A stretch of DNA of 35,238 bases, taken from the NCBI GenBank assembly GCA_044356725.1, contig JBIKVS010000011.1, forward strand, positions 1 through 35,238, given 5' to 3'. The position numbers and the translations under genes were made by a program. The notes under the pieces are model-generated. The model made no database searches. It saw nothing but the letters and a program-made list of their open reading frames with translations, and was not told where the DNA came from. Shown one piece after another: positions 27,908-35,238 of this stretch. Source of the stretch: Minisyncoccia bacterium. GTDB taxonomy: Bacteria; Patescibacteriota; Minisyncoccia; SW-4-49-11. Positions within the stretch are counted from its first letter, which is position 1. Each line of letters begins with the position of its first letter.

Positions 27908-28600
27908 ATGAGATTTGATATATTGACTATATTTCCAGAGATTATAGAGTCTTATATCAGTACAGGTGTAATAGGAAGAGCAACTAATTTAAAAAAAACT
28001 CTAACTATTGAAACCCATAATATACGCGACTATACTAAAGATGTACATCACAAAGTTGATGATACTCCCTTTGGTGGTGGTGCTGGTATGATATTACAGA
28101 TTGAGCCCATTTATAATGCTCTCAATACTATCATTACAAAACATCCTGCCACAAAAAAACATATCATTTTAACTAAAGCTGGAGCTAATATATTCAATCA
28201 GGATAAAGCTATTCAGCTTGGGAAAAATTTTGAGCATATTATATTTATTTGTGGTAGATATGAAGGGATCGATGCTAGGGTAGAACAATATTTATGTGAT
28301 GAATCTATATCTATAGGTCAATTTGTATTAACTGGCGGAGAATTACCAGCACTAGTAATGTTAGATGCCATTTCAAGACATATTCCAGATGTATTAGGAA
28401 ATCAAGATTCTCTTATACAGGAATCCTGGACTAATACAGAAAGTCAAGAATATCCACAATACTCTAGACCCGCTGTATTTAAACCTGATAATCCGAATCT
28501 GACTCAGAATAATGCTCCTTCTGAATGGAAAGTACCGGAAATTTTACTGTCTGGCAACCATAAAGCTATTGAGAACTGGAGAGAAAAACATAAGAAATAA
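27908..28600 (+). CDS. trmD: tRNA (guanine37-N1)-methyltransferase
   Basis: VDDTPFGGGAGM, CGRYEGID, SIGQFVLTGGE and LLSGNH motifs. Confidence 0.97.
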   Translation: MRFDILTIFPEIIESYISTGVIGRATNLKKTLTIETHNIRDYTKDVHHKVDDTPFGGGAGMILQIEPIYNALNTIITKHPATKKHIILTKAGANIFNQDKAIQLGKNFEHIIFICGRYEGIDARVEQYLCDESISIGQFVLTGGELPALVMLDAISRHIPDVLGNQDSLIQESWTNTESQEYPQYSRPAVFKPDNPNLTQNNAPSEWKVPEILLSGNHKAIENWREKHKK

Positions 28601-28665
28601 TATATTTTATGTTTTATAGATAATATGATATAATAAATTTAATATCAAAATATAGATTAAAAACT

Positions 28666-29142
28666 ATGTCTAACAATAAATCTAATGTCATTTATAGCTA
28701 TCAGGCTCTAGAATTTGACAAGTACCATAAATCTCCAACATGGTATGTTATGTTCTCTGTAATATTTGTATTATTGCTTATTTATGCTATAATAACACGG
28801 TCTCCTATCACATTTGTAGTCTTTGTCTTGCTCTTCATAGTAACTTTATTAATTTCTAACAAAGACCCGAAGGAGATTATAGTTGAAATCACTAAAAATG
28901 GAATCAATTTAGATAAAAAAACAACCTTTAGATATCAAGATATAGATTCTTTTGGTATATTTATCCGAGATGATGTTAGATTTATATCTTTATACTTAAC
29001 AGAAGGGTTAATGAGATATGCTAGAGTTCCACTTGGAGAAGAAAATCCTGAGGATATAGCAGATATTTTAGAGCAATATATTGTAAGAGAAGATGGGAAA
29101 GAACGTTTGATGGATACAATGGATCATATATTAAAAATTTAG
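28666..29142 (+). CDS. Hypothetical membrane protein (two TM helices, then a beta-rich domain)
   Basis: Two hydrophobic segments followed by ITKNGI..FRYQDIDSF. Confidence 0.75.
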   Translation: MSNNKSNVIYSYQALEFDKYHKSPTWYVMFSVIFVLLLIYAIITRSPITFVVFVLLFIVTLLISNKDPKEIIVEITKNGINLDKKTTFRYQDIDSFGIFIRDDVRFISLYLTEGLMRYARVPLGEENPEDIADILEQYIVREDGKERLMDTMDHILKI

Positions 29143-29143
29143 A

Positions 29144-29220
29144 GTACCTATAGCTCAGTTGGATAGAGCGCAGGTTTGCGGAACCTGAGGTCAGAGGTTC
29201 GAACCCTCTTAGGTACACCA
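29144..29220 (+). tRNA. tRNA-Arg(GCG)
   Basis: GTACCTA/TAGGTAC plus ACCA; D arm GCTC/GAGC; anticodon arm CAGGT-TT-GCG-GA-ACCTG; T arm AGAGG-TTCGAAC-CCTCT. Confidence 0.95.
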
Positions 29221-29231
29221 ATATTGTTATT

Positions 29232-31358
29232 ATGAATATATTCTATACCCCAATAGAAACTCTAAAGCCCAAACCAAATCCTCGATTAGTAAATTCTCTC
29301 CATAAATTAGGGATTTATAATTTATCCCAACTTTTATTATATCCGCCAAAAAAATTTATTAATTATAATCATTTTCAAACTATTTCACAAATTAATAATA
29401 TACCTTCTGGAACTCCAATTGTACTTGAAGTGACTATAACAGATAAGAAGCTAACTCGCTTAAGAGGCAGAAAATTAACATTAGGAGAAGTTATAATTCA
29501 AGATAATACTGGACAATTTGTTATCACTTTATTTAATCAAAAATTATTATTTGAGTCTCTACAAGTTAATTCTCAATATGCTCTGTCTGCAATTATTAAA
29601 AATGGGACCAAATCCCCTCTTACCAATATTAGCTTTGAGAGAATTTTACCCAATAAAACTTTATTACATTCTCATAGATTAGTCCCTATTTACGCTGAAA
29701 CAGCTGGCATCAGTTCCAAAATGCTTCGTTATAGAATTAATCTTGCCATCAAACAGTTCCCTAATTTACCAGAAACTTTACCCAAGTGGATATTAGATAA
29801 AGCTAGTATCCCAGATATTAATACAACTATTCAATATTTACACTATCCTAAAAATGCAAACCAAATTAAAACAGCTAAAGCTAGATTAGTATTTGAAGAG
29901 GCTTTCATAATGCAGTTATACATTGCTAAACAAAAGTTAGTATTTCAATCAAAATATGCTCCTGCTATGATAACTCATACTAATAATATTCAGGAATTTA
30001 TAAATAATTTAAAATTTGATTTAACCAATGCTCAAAAAAAGTCTATTCAAGAAATATTAGAAGATATTAGTAAGCCAAACCCAATGAATAGATTATTAGA
30101 AGGAGATGTAGGAACTGGTAAAACTATAGTGGCAACGATTGCTATGCTCAATACTTATTATAATAACTATCAAGCTGTTTTGATGGCCCCTACGGAAATT
30201 CTAGCCACTCAACATTTTGAGGGTATTACCAAATTAACTGAAAATTTTAATACTCCACCAATAATTGCTCTTATAACCTCCAAAGAATCTCGAATATCCA
30301 CAGATAAAAACTTAGATTCTTGGACAAGTATACCTAAAAAAGATTTACTTAGAAAAATTGAAAGAGGACAGATAGATATAATTATAGGTACTCATAGTGT
30401 GATTAAAGAAAAATTAAAATACAATAATTTAGCCTTAGCTATTGTAGATGAACAACATAGATTTGGAGTCAAACAAAGAGCTGAATTACAAACTATGATT
30501 AGTAAAACTGAAGATAAAAGTCCTGATAGTATCTCGCATCTTTTGAGTATGACAGCTACCCCTATACCCAGAACCTTAGCTCTTAGCATATATGGGGATT
30601 TAGATGTATCATTGCTCAATGAATATCCAGCTAACAGAAAAGCTATAAAGACAAAATTAGTGCCTGCTTCCAAACGAGTAGATGCCTATAATTTTATTAG
30701 ACAGCATATTCAATCCGGTAGACAAGCTTTTGTAGTTTGTCCTAAAATTGAAGCTGACGAAAAATCTGATATCAAATCTGTAGAAGAAACTTTTATAGAT
30801 TTATCACAAAATATATTCCCAGAACTAAGGGTCAAGATGATGCATGGGAAGATGAAAACGACAGAAAAAGATACTATCATCCAAGCTTTTAAGCAAAAAG
30901 AATTTGATATCCTAGTGTCAACTTCAGTCATAGAAGTTGGAATAGACATACCCAACGCTAGTATTATGGTGATTGAAGGAGCTGAAAGATTTGGACTAGC
31001 TCAGTTACATCAATTTAGAGGCCGTGTCGGAAGAGGAGAACATCAATCTTTCTGCTTTCTTTTTGAGACAGGAGAGAATGAAGTATCAATGAATCAGAGA
31101 CTCAAAGCCATAGAAAAGGCTAATAATGGATTTGAATTAGCTGAACAAGACTTAGCTATAAGAGGTCCTGGACAATTCATAGGATCCAATCAATCTGGAC
31201 TATCAGATATTAGTATGGAGGCTTTGCTTAACAAAGAAATTATATTACAAACTAAAAGTATATCTACCCAAATATTAAAAGAAGATATTACCCTAAATAG
31301 CTATCCTCAACTCAAAATGCGACTAGCAAATTTTGAGGAAAATGTTCATTTTGAATAA
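29232..31358 (+). CDS. recG: ATP-dependent DNA helicase RecG
   Basis: MNRLLEGDVGTGKT, DEQHRFG, TATPIPRTL, QLHQFRGRVGR and DLAIRGPG motifs. Confidence 0.97.
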   Translation: MNIFYTPIETLKPKPNPRLVNSLHKLGIYNLSQLLLYPPKKFINYNHFQTISQINNIPSGTPIVLEVTITDKKLTRLRGRKLTLGEVIIQDNTGQFVITLFNQKLLFESLQVNSQYALSAIIKNGTKSPLTNISFERILPNKTLLHSHRLVPIYAETAGISSKMLRYRINLAIKQFPNLPETLPKWILDKASIPDINTTIQYLHYPKNANQIKTAKARLVFEEAFIMQLYIAKQKLVFQSKYAPAMITHTNNIQEFINNLKFDLTNAQKKSIQEILEDISKPNPMNRLLEGDVGTGKTIVATIAMLNTYYNNYQAVLMAPTEILATQHFEGITKLTENFNTPPIIALITSKESRISTDKNLDSWTSIPKKDLLRKIERGQIDIIIGTHSVIKEKLKYNNLALAIVDEQHRFGVKQRAELQTMISKTEDKSPDSISHLLSMTATPIPRTLALSIYGDLDVSLLNEYPANRKAIKTKLVPASKRVDAYNFIRQHIQSGRQAFVVCPKIEADEKSDIKSVEETFIDLSQNIFPELRVKMMHGKMKTTEKDTIIQAFKQKEFDILVSTSVIEVGIDIPNASIMVIEGAERFGLAQLHQFRGRVGRGEHQSFCFLFETGENEVSMNQRLKAIEKANNGFELAEQDLAIRGPGQFIGSNQSGLSDISMEALLNKEIILQTKSISTQILKEDITLNSYPQLKMRLANFEENVHFE

Positions 31359-31367
31359 ATTTTTATT

Positions 31368-32648
31368 CTAAAAGCTCTTATCAGCTTGAATAAATTCATC
31401 TACTTTTTGATTATTAATTCTATCATCAAGTATAAAATCAAAACCTTCTATCCCAGATTGTTTTTGAACATCTAGACCATATTGAGCTAATTTAGGCATA
31501 GTATACTCGATCACAATATCCTTAGAACTATTAAAAGGAACCTTAATCTCAAAGCCAGCTATCTTTTTATTATAAGCTACACTATAATCAACTGCATTAG
31601 GTCTTTTTTCTACTCCTGTAACAGTGTTCACAAATGCATTTTGAGGTAAAAATACTCGTGTATATGATTTATAGTCGGTATTCAAGGGAGAGGCATTAGC
31701 AGCGGTGTTATTATACGTAATTGTGATAGTAGAACATAGCTTATCGTCACATTCTCGTACATTTTTATTAACCGATCTCCTCATATAATAATCAGTTTTC
31801 AGAGCTCCTAAATTAGCATCTACAATTTTCAGATAATCTTTTTGCGAGTTTATATCTATAGCTCCATCCCAACCTAATTTTACAATATCAGATTGTATAT
31901 TAGAATCCTTACTCCATAACATAATTTGTTTTTGATCCGCTTGTTGTAATAATGTCTCCCCTAATATATATAGAGTAAAAACAGAGGCCTCACTGATTCT
32001 ATTATCAATTTCAAAAGCTAAATCTTTAATAGGTTCTTTTCTAGCATCACGACTAATACCTTTTTCTAGAAAACCAAAATTTAACTCATATTGCAATGCC
32101 AATAGAATGTTATCAGCATTCAATTCTTCATCAATAGCAGCTATAGAAACAGGACCTATAATTTTTAATATCTCTGGTAAAACCGAAGCATTAATAGCAA
32201 TAACGCCGTTAATATCTTTTGTGCCTCCTTCTAGTCTATACAAATCTATAATTTGTTGAGCCGTAGTAGGAAAATTAGGAGCCCAATTTGCATCTCTTAA
32301 TTGCATTTGCTGTACTCCTAACATATTTTTATAAGGCTCTGGAGCGTCTACACCAGGCTTTCCATAATCAAAAAGATTAGTATTATAAATATTATAATTT
32401 TTTATTCTACCATTATCTAAAGTAACTTCAGCAAAATTCCCTATAAAGCCACCGGTCGGTCTTAATTCTAAAGTATTTTGAAATATAACTAGATAATTAA
32501 CTTCTCCTTGCCCTCTGATAGCCATTGCTAAAGCTAACTCTTTTCTATAATTAAACCAGACAAAAATAAATACCATTACAATTAAAGGAATAGCAATAAC
32601 CAGAGCTATTCTTACAACTTTAACTATAATACTAATCAATTTTTTCAT
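31368..32648 (-). CDS. DUF4012-domain membrane-anchored protein
   Basis: YLVIFQN..ELRPTGGFIG, LRDANWAPNFP, NLGALKTD and QKQSG. Confidence 0.88.
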   Translation of the reverse strand: MKKLISIIVKVVRIALVIAIPLIVMVFIFVWFNYRKELALAMAIRGQGEVNYLVIFQNTLELRPTGGFIGNFAEVTLDNGRIKNYNIYNTNLFDYGKPGVDAPEPYKNMLGVQQMQLRDANWAPNFPTTAQQIIDLYRLEGGTKDINGVIAINASVLPEILKIIGPVSIAAIDEELNADNILLALQYELNFGFLEKGISRDARKEPIKDLAFEIDNRISEASVFTLYILGETLLQQADQKQIMLWSKDSNIQSDIVKLGWDGAIDINSQKDYLKIVDANLGALKTDYYMRRSVNKNVRECDDKLCSTITITYNNTAANASPLNTDYKSYTRVFLPQNAFVNTVTGVEKRPNAVDYSVAYNKKIAGFEIKVPFNSSKDIVIEYTMPKLAQYGLDVQKQSGIEGFDFILDDRINNQKVDEFIQADKSF

Positions 32649-32650
32649 AA

Positions 32651-33832
32651 TTAATACCTTAAAGCTGGGGTAACTTGTATCCCCGCTCCCCTATATTGAC
32701 TAGAATCTCGATAATATACATTTTCAATAGCTTTCACAATATTATTCCAAGCATAATGATATTTGATTTCACTCTGTAATATCTCAGCTAATTCCAAAGC
32801 ACCTTTATAATCACCTAGTACATTCTCTAATTGATGCCTAAGAGATACCACACTATTAACTTTTGCAATATGAGCTAAATCACCAACTACCTCTATATTC
32901 TCTCTAATATCAGAAACAATAATAGGCACTCCATAACTACCAGCCTCTAGAAGTGAAATCGATAACCCCTCTGAAGCAGAGGGCAATACATAGACAGCCG
33001 CATTAGCGAATAATTGCTTTAAAGTACGGCCAGATTGATGACCGGTGAAAATGATATTTTTATCTCCATCTGCTAGGTTATGTAAATATTTTTCATAATC
33101 TTTAGTATAAGATGAGGATCCAACAATAACCAACTTTTTACCATATTTACGAGCCATTTGTTGATAAGCTTGAATTAAAATATGTGCATTTTTATGCTTG
33201 ACTAATCTAGCAATGAATACTATATAGCCTCTTTTTTTGAGACCAAATTTAGATAACTCTGAATCTGATGTAATATGATTAAAGTCAGTCCCATTAGGAA
33301 TATAAGTAGTTTTTACATCAAATTCACGACTAGCAAAATACCTAAGACTCTTGGAGACTGTAATCACCTCATCAGCAAAATTACATCCAATCCAAGCACC
33401 TAGCTTCAACATAGATTTAGCAAATAGATTCCACTTCCCATGATACCAATCAGCACTATGAAAGGTAAATACTACTTTAATATATTTCCCAGTTAATAAA
33501 TATCTTAATCCAAAACCTAATCTAGCAAAGATAGTAAAGAAGGCCGGTCCAACCGAATTAATATGTAAAACATCCAAATCAGTGATAAAAAAACTATGCC
33601 AAATAGAGAATAATGTATGAGTCCCCGCATCTAAACTTTTAGTAGGAATAGACTTAGTAGCAATCACTTCAACTCCTTTATATTCACCAGCTGGAGCATA
33701 TTGAGACCTAGTATAAGCCAAAACCTGATGTCCCTTACGAGCCATTCTAACCGCAATATGCTCTACATAATTCTCAACCCCTCCTCCAGCAGTAGCAGGA
33801 ATACCTTTTTGCCCAACAAAAGCAATTTTCAT
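32651..33832 (-). CDS. GT4-family glycosyltransferase
   Basis: GQKGIPA..GGVE, RLVKHK and an intact EX7E motif (EGLSISLLE). Confidence 0.93.
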   Translation of the reverse strand: MKIAFVGQKGIPATAGGGVENYVEHIAVRMARKGHQVLAYTRSQYAPAGEYKGVEVIATKSIPTKSLDAGTHTLFSIWHSFFITDLDVLHINSVGPAFFTIFARLGFGLRYLLTGKYIKVVFTFHSADWYHGKWNLFAKSMLKLGAWIGCNFADEVITVSKSLRYFASREFDVKTTYIPNGTDFNHITSDSELSKFGLKKRGYIVFIARLVKHKNAHILIQAYQQMARKYGKKLVIVGSSSYTKDYEKYLHNLADGDKNIIFTGHQSGRTLKQLFANAAVYVLPSASEGLSISLLEAGSYGVPIIVSDIRENIEVVGDLAHIAKVNSVVSLRHQLENVLGDYKGALELAEILQSEIKYHYAWNNIVKAIENVYYRDSSQYRGAGIQVTPALRY

Positions 33833-33873
33833 CAGCTTTAAAATTTAACTATAGTCATAATCTAAGTATTATA

Positions 33874-33902
33874 ATTATAGCATAAAAAGCTACTTTTGTC
33901 AA
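33874..33902 (-). promoter_or_regulatory. Consensus sigma70 promoter for the GT4-DUF4012 genes
   Basis: TTGACA-17 nt-TATAAT with extended TG. Confidence 0.85.
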
Positions 33903-33931
33903 AATATAATAGCAATACTAATTTGCTAATT

Positions 33932-33973
33932 AAAAGAAAAAAACCTCAAAATGCAAAAGTGCAAGTTGAGGTT
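33932..33973 (-). terminator. Intrinsic terminator overlapping the stop codon of the 33972-34433 gene
   Basis: AACCTCAA..TGCA-CTTT-TGCA..TTGAGGTT followed by TTTTTCTTTT. Confidence 0.75.
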
Positions 33974-34433
33974 AAAATTTGAAGGAAGCATTCACCATAA
34001 AGGTGGTGAATGGGAAAGGATGAATTGTCCTTTCCAGAGACAGGTGAAGGCTCAGCTGTCCCAGGGACAACTGAAGTCCCCCCTCCACTGCCAAGGACTG
34101 CCCTTGGTGCGTCCCATCATCCTGACCCTTGAGGGCGAGGAAAGGGGAGATAAATCCCTGCTCCCCCACCGAAATGGGGGGAAAGGCCAATGTAGCCTGA
34201 GCTAGATTGACACCACCTTCCTGGTCTCCACTGAAGTGAAGCTCAGGTTGGGGCGGGGGTTGCTCCTCGAGGAATTCAGAGGAAATTTCTGATTGAAGTG
34301 GTAAGAGAACCACTTCTTTTCCCTCATAGAGGGTATCTTTAACTTCCTCCCACCCTTCTTCCGCCAAAGCGGGAAGTGGAACAAGTGGCAATAATAAAGA
34401 AAGTGGAAGTGAAAAAAGAGCTTTCATAATCAT
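33972..34433 (-). CDS. GC-rich secreted orphan with amphipathic beta strands and terminal Phe
   Basis: Signal peptide ending PALA|, C-terminus FMVNASFKF, own promoter and terminator. Confidence 0.75.
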   Translation of the reverse strand: MIMKALFSLPLSLLLPLVPLPALAEEGWEEVKDTLYEGKEVVLLPLQSEISSEFLEEQPPPQPELHFSGDQEGGVNLAQATLAFPPISVGEQGFISPFLALKGQDDGTHQGQSLAVEGGLQLSLGQLSLHLSLERTIHPFPFTTFMVNASFKF

Positions 34434-34452
34434 AAGTTACAAATTCCCCAAC

Positions 34453-34481
34453 ACCATAGCATAAAATATGAATTTTGTCAA
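34453..34481 (-). promoter_or_regulatory. Sigma70 promoter
   Basis: TTGACA-17 nt-TATGGT with extended TG. Confidence 0.7.
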
Positions 34482-34501
34482 TACTTAATAAATAATTTGT
34501 G

Positions 34502-34536
34502 AAAATAAAAAAAGCCCGCCGATTAAACGACGGGTT
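34502..34536 (-). terminator. Intrinsic terminator
   Basis: CCCGTCG-TTTAAT-CGGCGGG followed by CTTTTTTTATTTT. Confidence 0.8.
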
Positions 34537-34557
34537 GTAGTGTAGAAGATTCCGTAC

Positions 34558-34884
34558 TTAGTTTTTTTTTGATTTTTTCTCGAATATGGCACGATCTCCA
34601 TAGATTCTATCCTTAAGTTTGGTTGCTTTTCTTATTTTCTTGATTGCCTTAGGGTTTGGCACCCCGTCCCGGCCTACTACTGTACATCGGTCGAAAGACC
34701 CACATGTACTAATGACTTCATCCAAAGTCATAGACCTTTGATCTGTCAACCCTAAATTGGGGTTGGTAAAAGCTGTGGCATAGAAGCCACCTGCGATTGC
34801 AGAGGGAATCAAGGAAAAAATTATTGAAAAAATTATTGCTAAGATCCCTCCTCGAATCATCGTTTGGAAAAGTAGTTTATCCAT
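34558..34884 (-). CDS. Small secreted orphan with a Cys pair and Lys-rich C-terminus
   Basis: Hydrophobic signal ending PSAIA|, CGSFDRC, basic tail; GAGGA upstream of the ATG. Confidence 0.7.
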   Translation of the reverse strand: MDKLLFQTMIRGGILAIIFSIIFSLIPSAIAGGFYATAFTNPNLGLTDQRSMTLDEVISTCGSFDRCTVVGRDGVPNPKAIKKIRKATKLKDRIYGDRAIFEKKSKKN

Positions 34885-34933
34885 TTTAAAAAGTCCTCAG
34901 GAAAGATCATCCACCGGAAGTGGTGGTTATCTT

Positions 34934-34973
34934 ACTTTTATCATAAATTATATATTTTGTCAATACCTGTCAA
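34934..34973 (-). promoter_or_regulatory. Promoter with tandem TTGACA boxes
   Basis: TTGACA-GGTA-TTGACA-17 nt-TAAAAG(T) with extended TG. Confidence 0.55.
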
Positions 34974-35013
34974 ATACTGTTATATTTAGCTGACAAAAAT
35001 GTCAGCGTTTATC

Positions 35014-35046
35014 AAAAATAAAAAACCCGGGGCCGAAGCACCGGGT
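35014..35046 (-). terminator. Intrinsic terminator of a gene lying mostly or wholly beyond the window
   Basis: ACCCGGTGC-TTCG-GCCCCGGGT followed by TTTTTATTTTT. Confidence 0.85.
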
Positions 35047-35238
35047 GGTTGGGAGGAAGAAACAATTAAAAATTAATTTTTCAATCTCAAAAATGCTATT
35101 AATTTTACTATTTGAGAACAAATATATCTTATTGGAAAAGTCAAGGAACAAACGCACCACTTTAGAGTTTGGAAGGTTTAGAGGAAAGTTTAGGAGATTT
35201 AGAGATAAGATGAAGGAAGTTAATAGGAGCTTTAAAGT

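Noticed and set aside
29021-29221. 66-aa minus-strand ORF
   Set aside because: Antisense translation of tRNA-Arg and the adjacent CDS.
2546-30955. Other short antisense ORFs inside conserved genes (for example 2546, 4487, 5492, 9567, 10685, 14449, 16406, 16999, 17490, 18658, 20311, 25115, 26825, 30392, 30710)
   Set aside because: Each overlaps well-supported genes on the opposite strand and shows no recognisable motif.
33951-34384. Alternative ORFs 33951-34205 (+) and 34202-34384 (-)
   Set aside because: By-products of high GC; the 33972-34433 frame has the signal peptide, promoter and terminator.
33932-35046. Integron attC sites between the cassettes
   Set aside because: Hairpins are too short, lack RYYYAAC/GTTRRRY ends and have U tails typical of terminators; no intI gene.
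35047-35238. 3' end of a further minus-strand gene
   Set aside because: Two frames are open from the edge and neither is recognisable, so no CDS can be called.
1-35238. Genome-wide stop-codon reassignment (code 25 or 15)
   Set aside because: Conserved genes are full length in code 11 and end at TGA (photolyase, pilO) or TAG (pilB, DUF4012).

Overview
Low-GC bacterial chromosomal segment read in standard code 11 (genes end in TAA, TAG and TGA). Gene content points to a Patescibacteria/CPR genome, probably Parcubacteria-like; this is inference, not a computed taxonomy. From the left: a truncated secreted repeat protein missed by the ORF track, a nitroreductase, tRNA-Ser(GCT), DUF805, ExoD, a small Zn-finger ORF interrupted by TAG, an orphan, an FeS-less (6-4)-type photolyase and an MTH1-like Nudix hydrolase. 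A long minus-strand block follows, in transcription order: pilM-pilN-pilO-microprotein-pilB-receiver protein-pilT-pilC-pilA-pilD-four minor pilins-ligA-murG-murC-uppS-manC-mltG-glycosyltransferase-tsaD, with no pilQ secretin. Then comF, khpA, trmD, a membrane protein, tRNA-Arg(GCG), recG, DUF4012 and a GT4. The right end is an array of stand-alone promoter-gene-terminator cassettes encoding small secreted orphans. Strongest candidates for novelty: (1) a GC-rich secreted protein ending in a beta-barrel-type C-terminal signal in an apparently monoderm cell, within that cassette array; (2) a minor pilin fused to a LamG lectin-like domain; (3) a two-copy REP-doublet element, one copy carrying a precise 104-bp multi-hairpin insertion; (4) an unannotated 56-aa membrane protein at the pilP position; (5) a Zn-finger gene whose motif appears to continue through an in-frame TAG.
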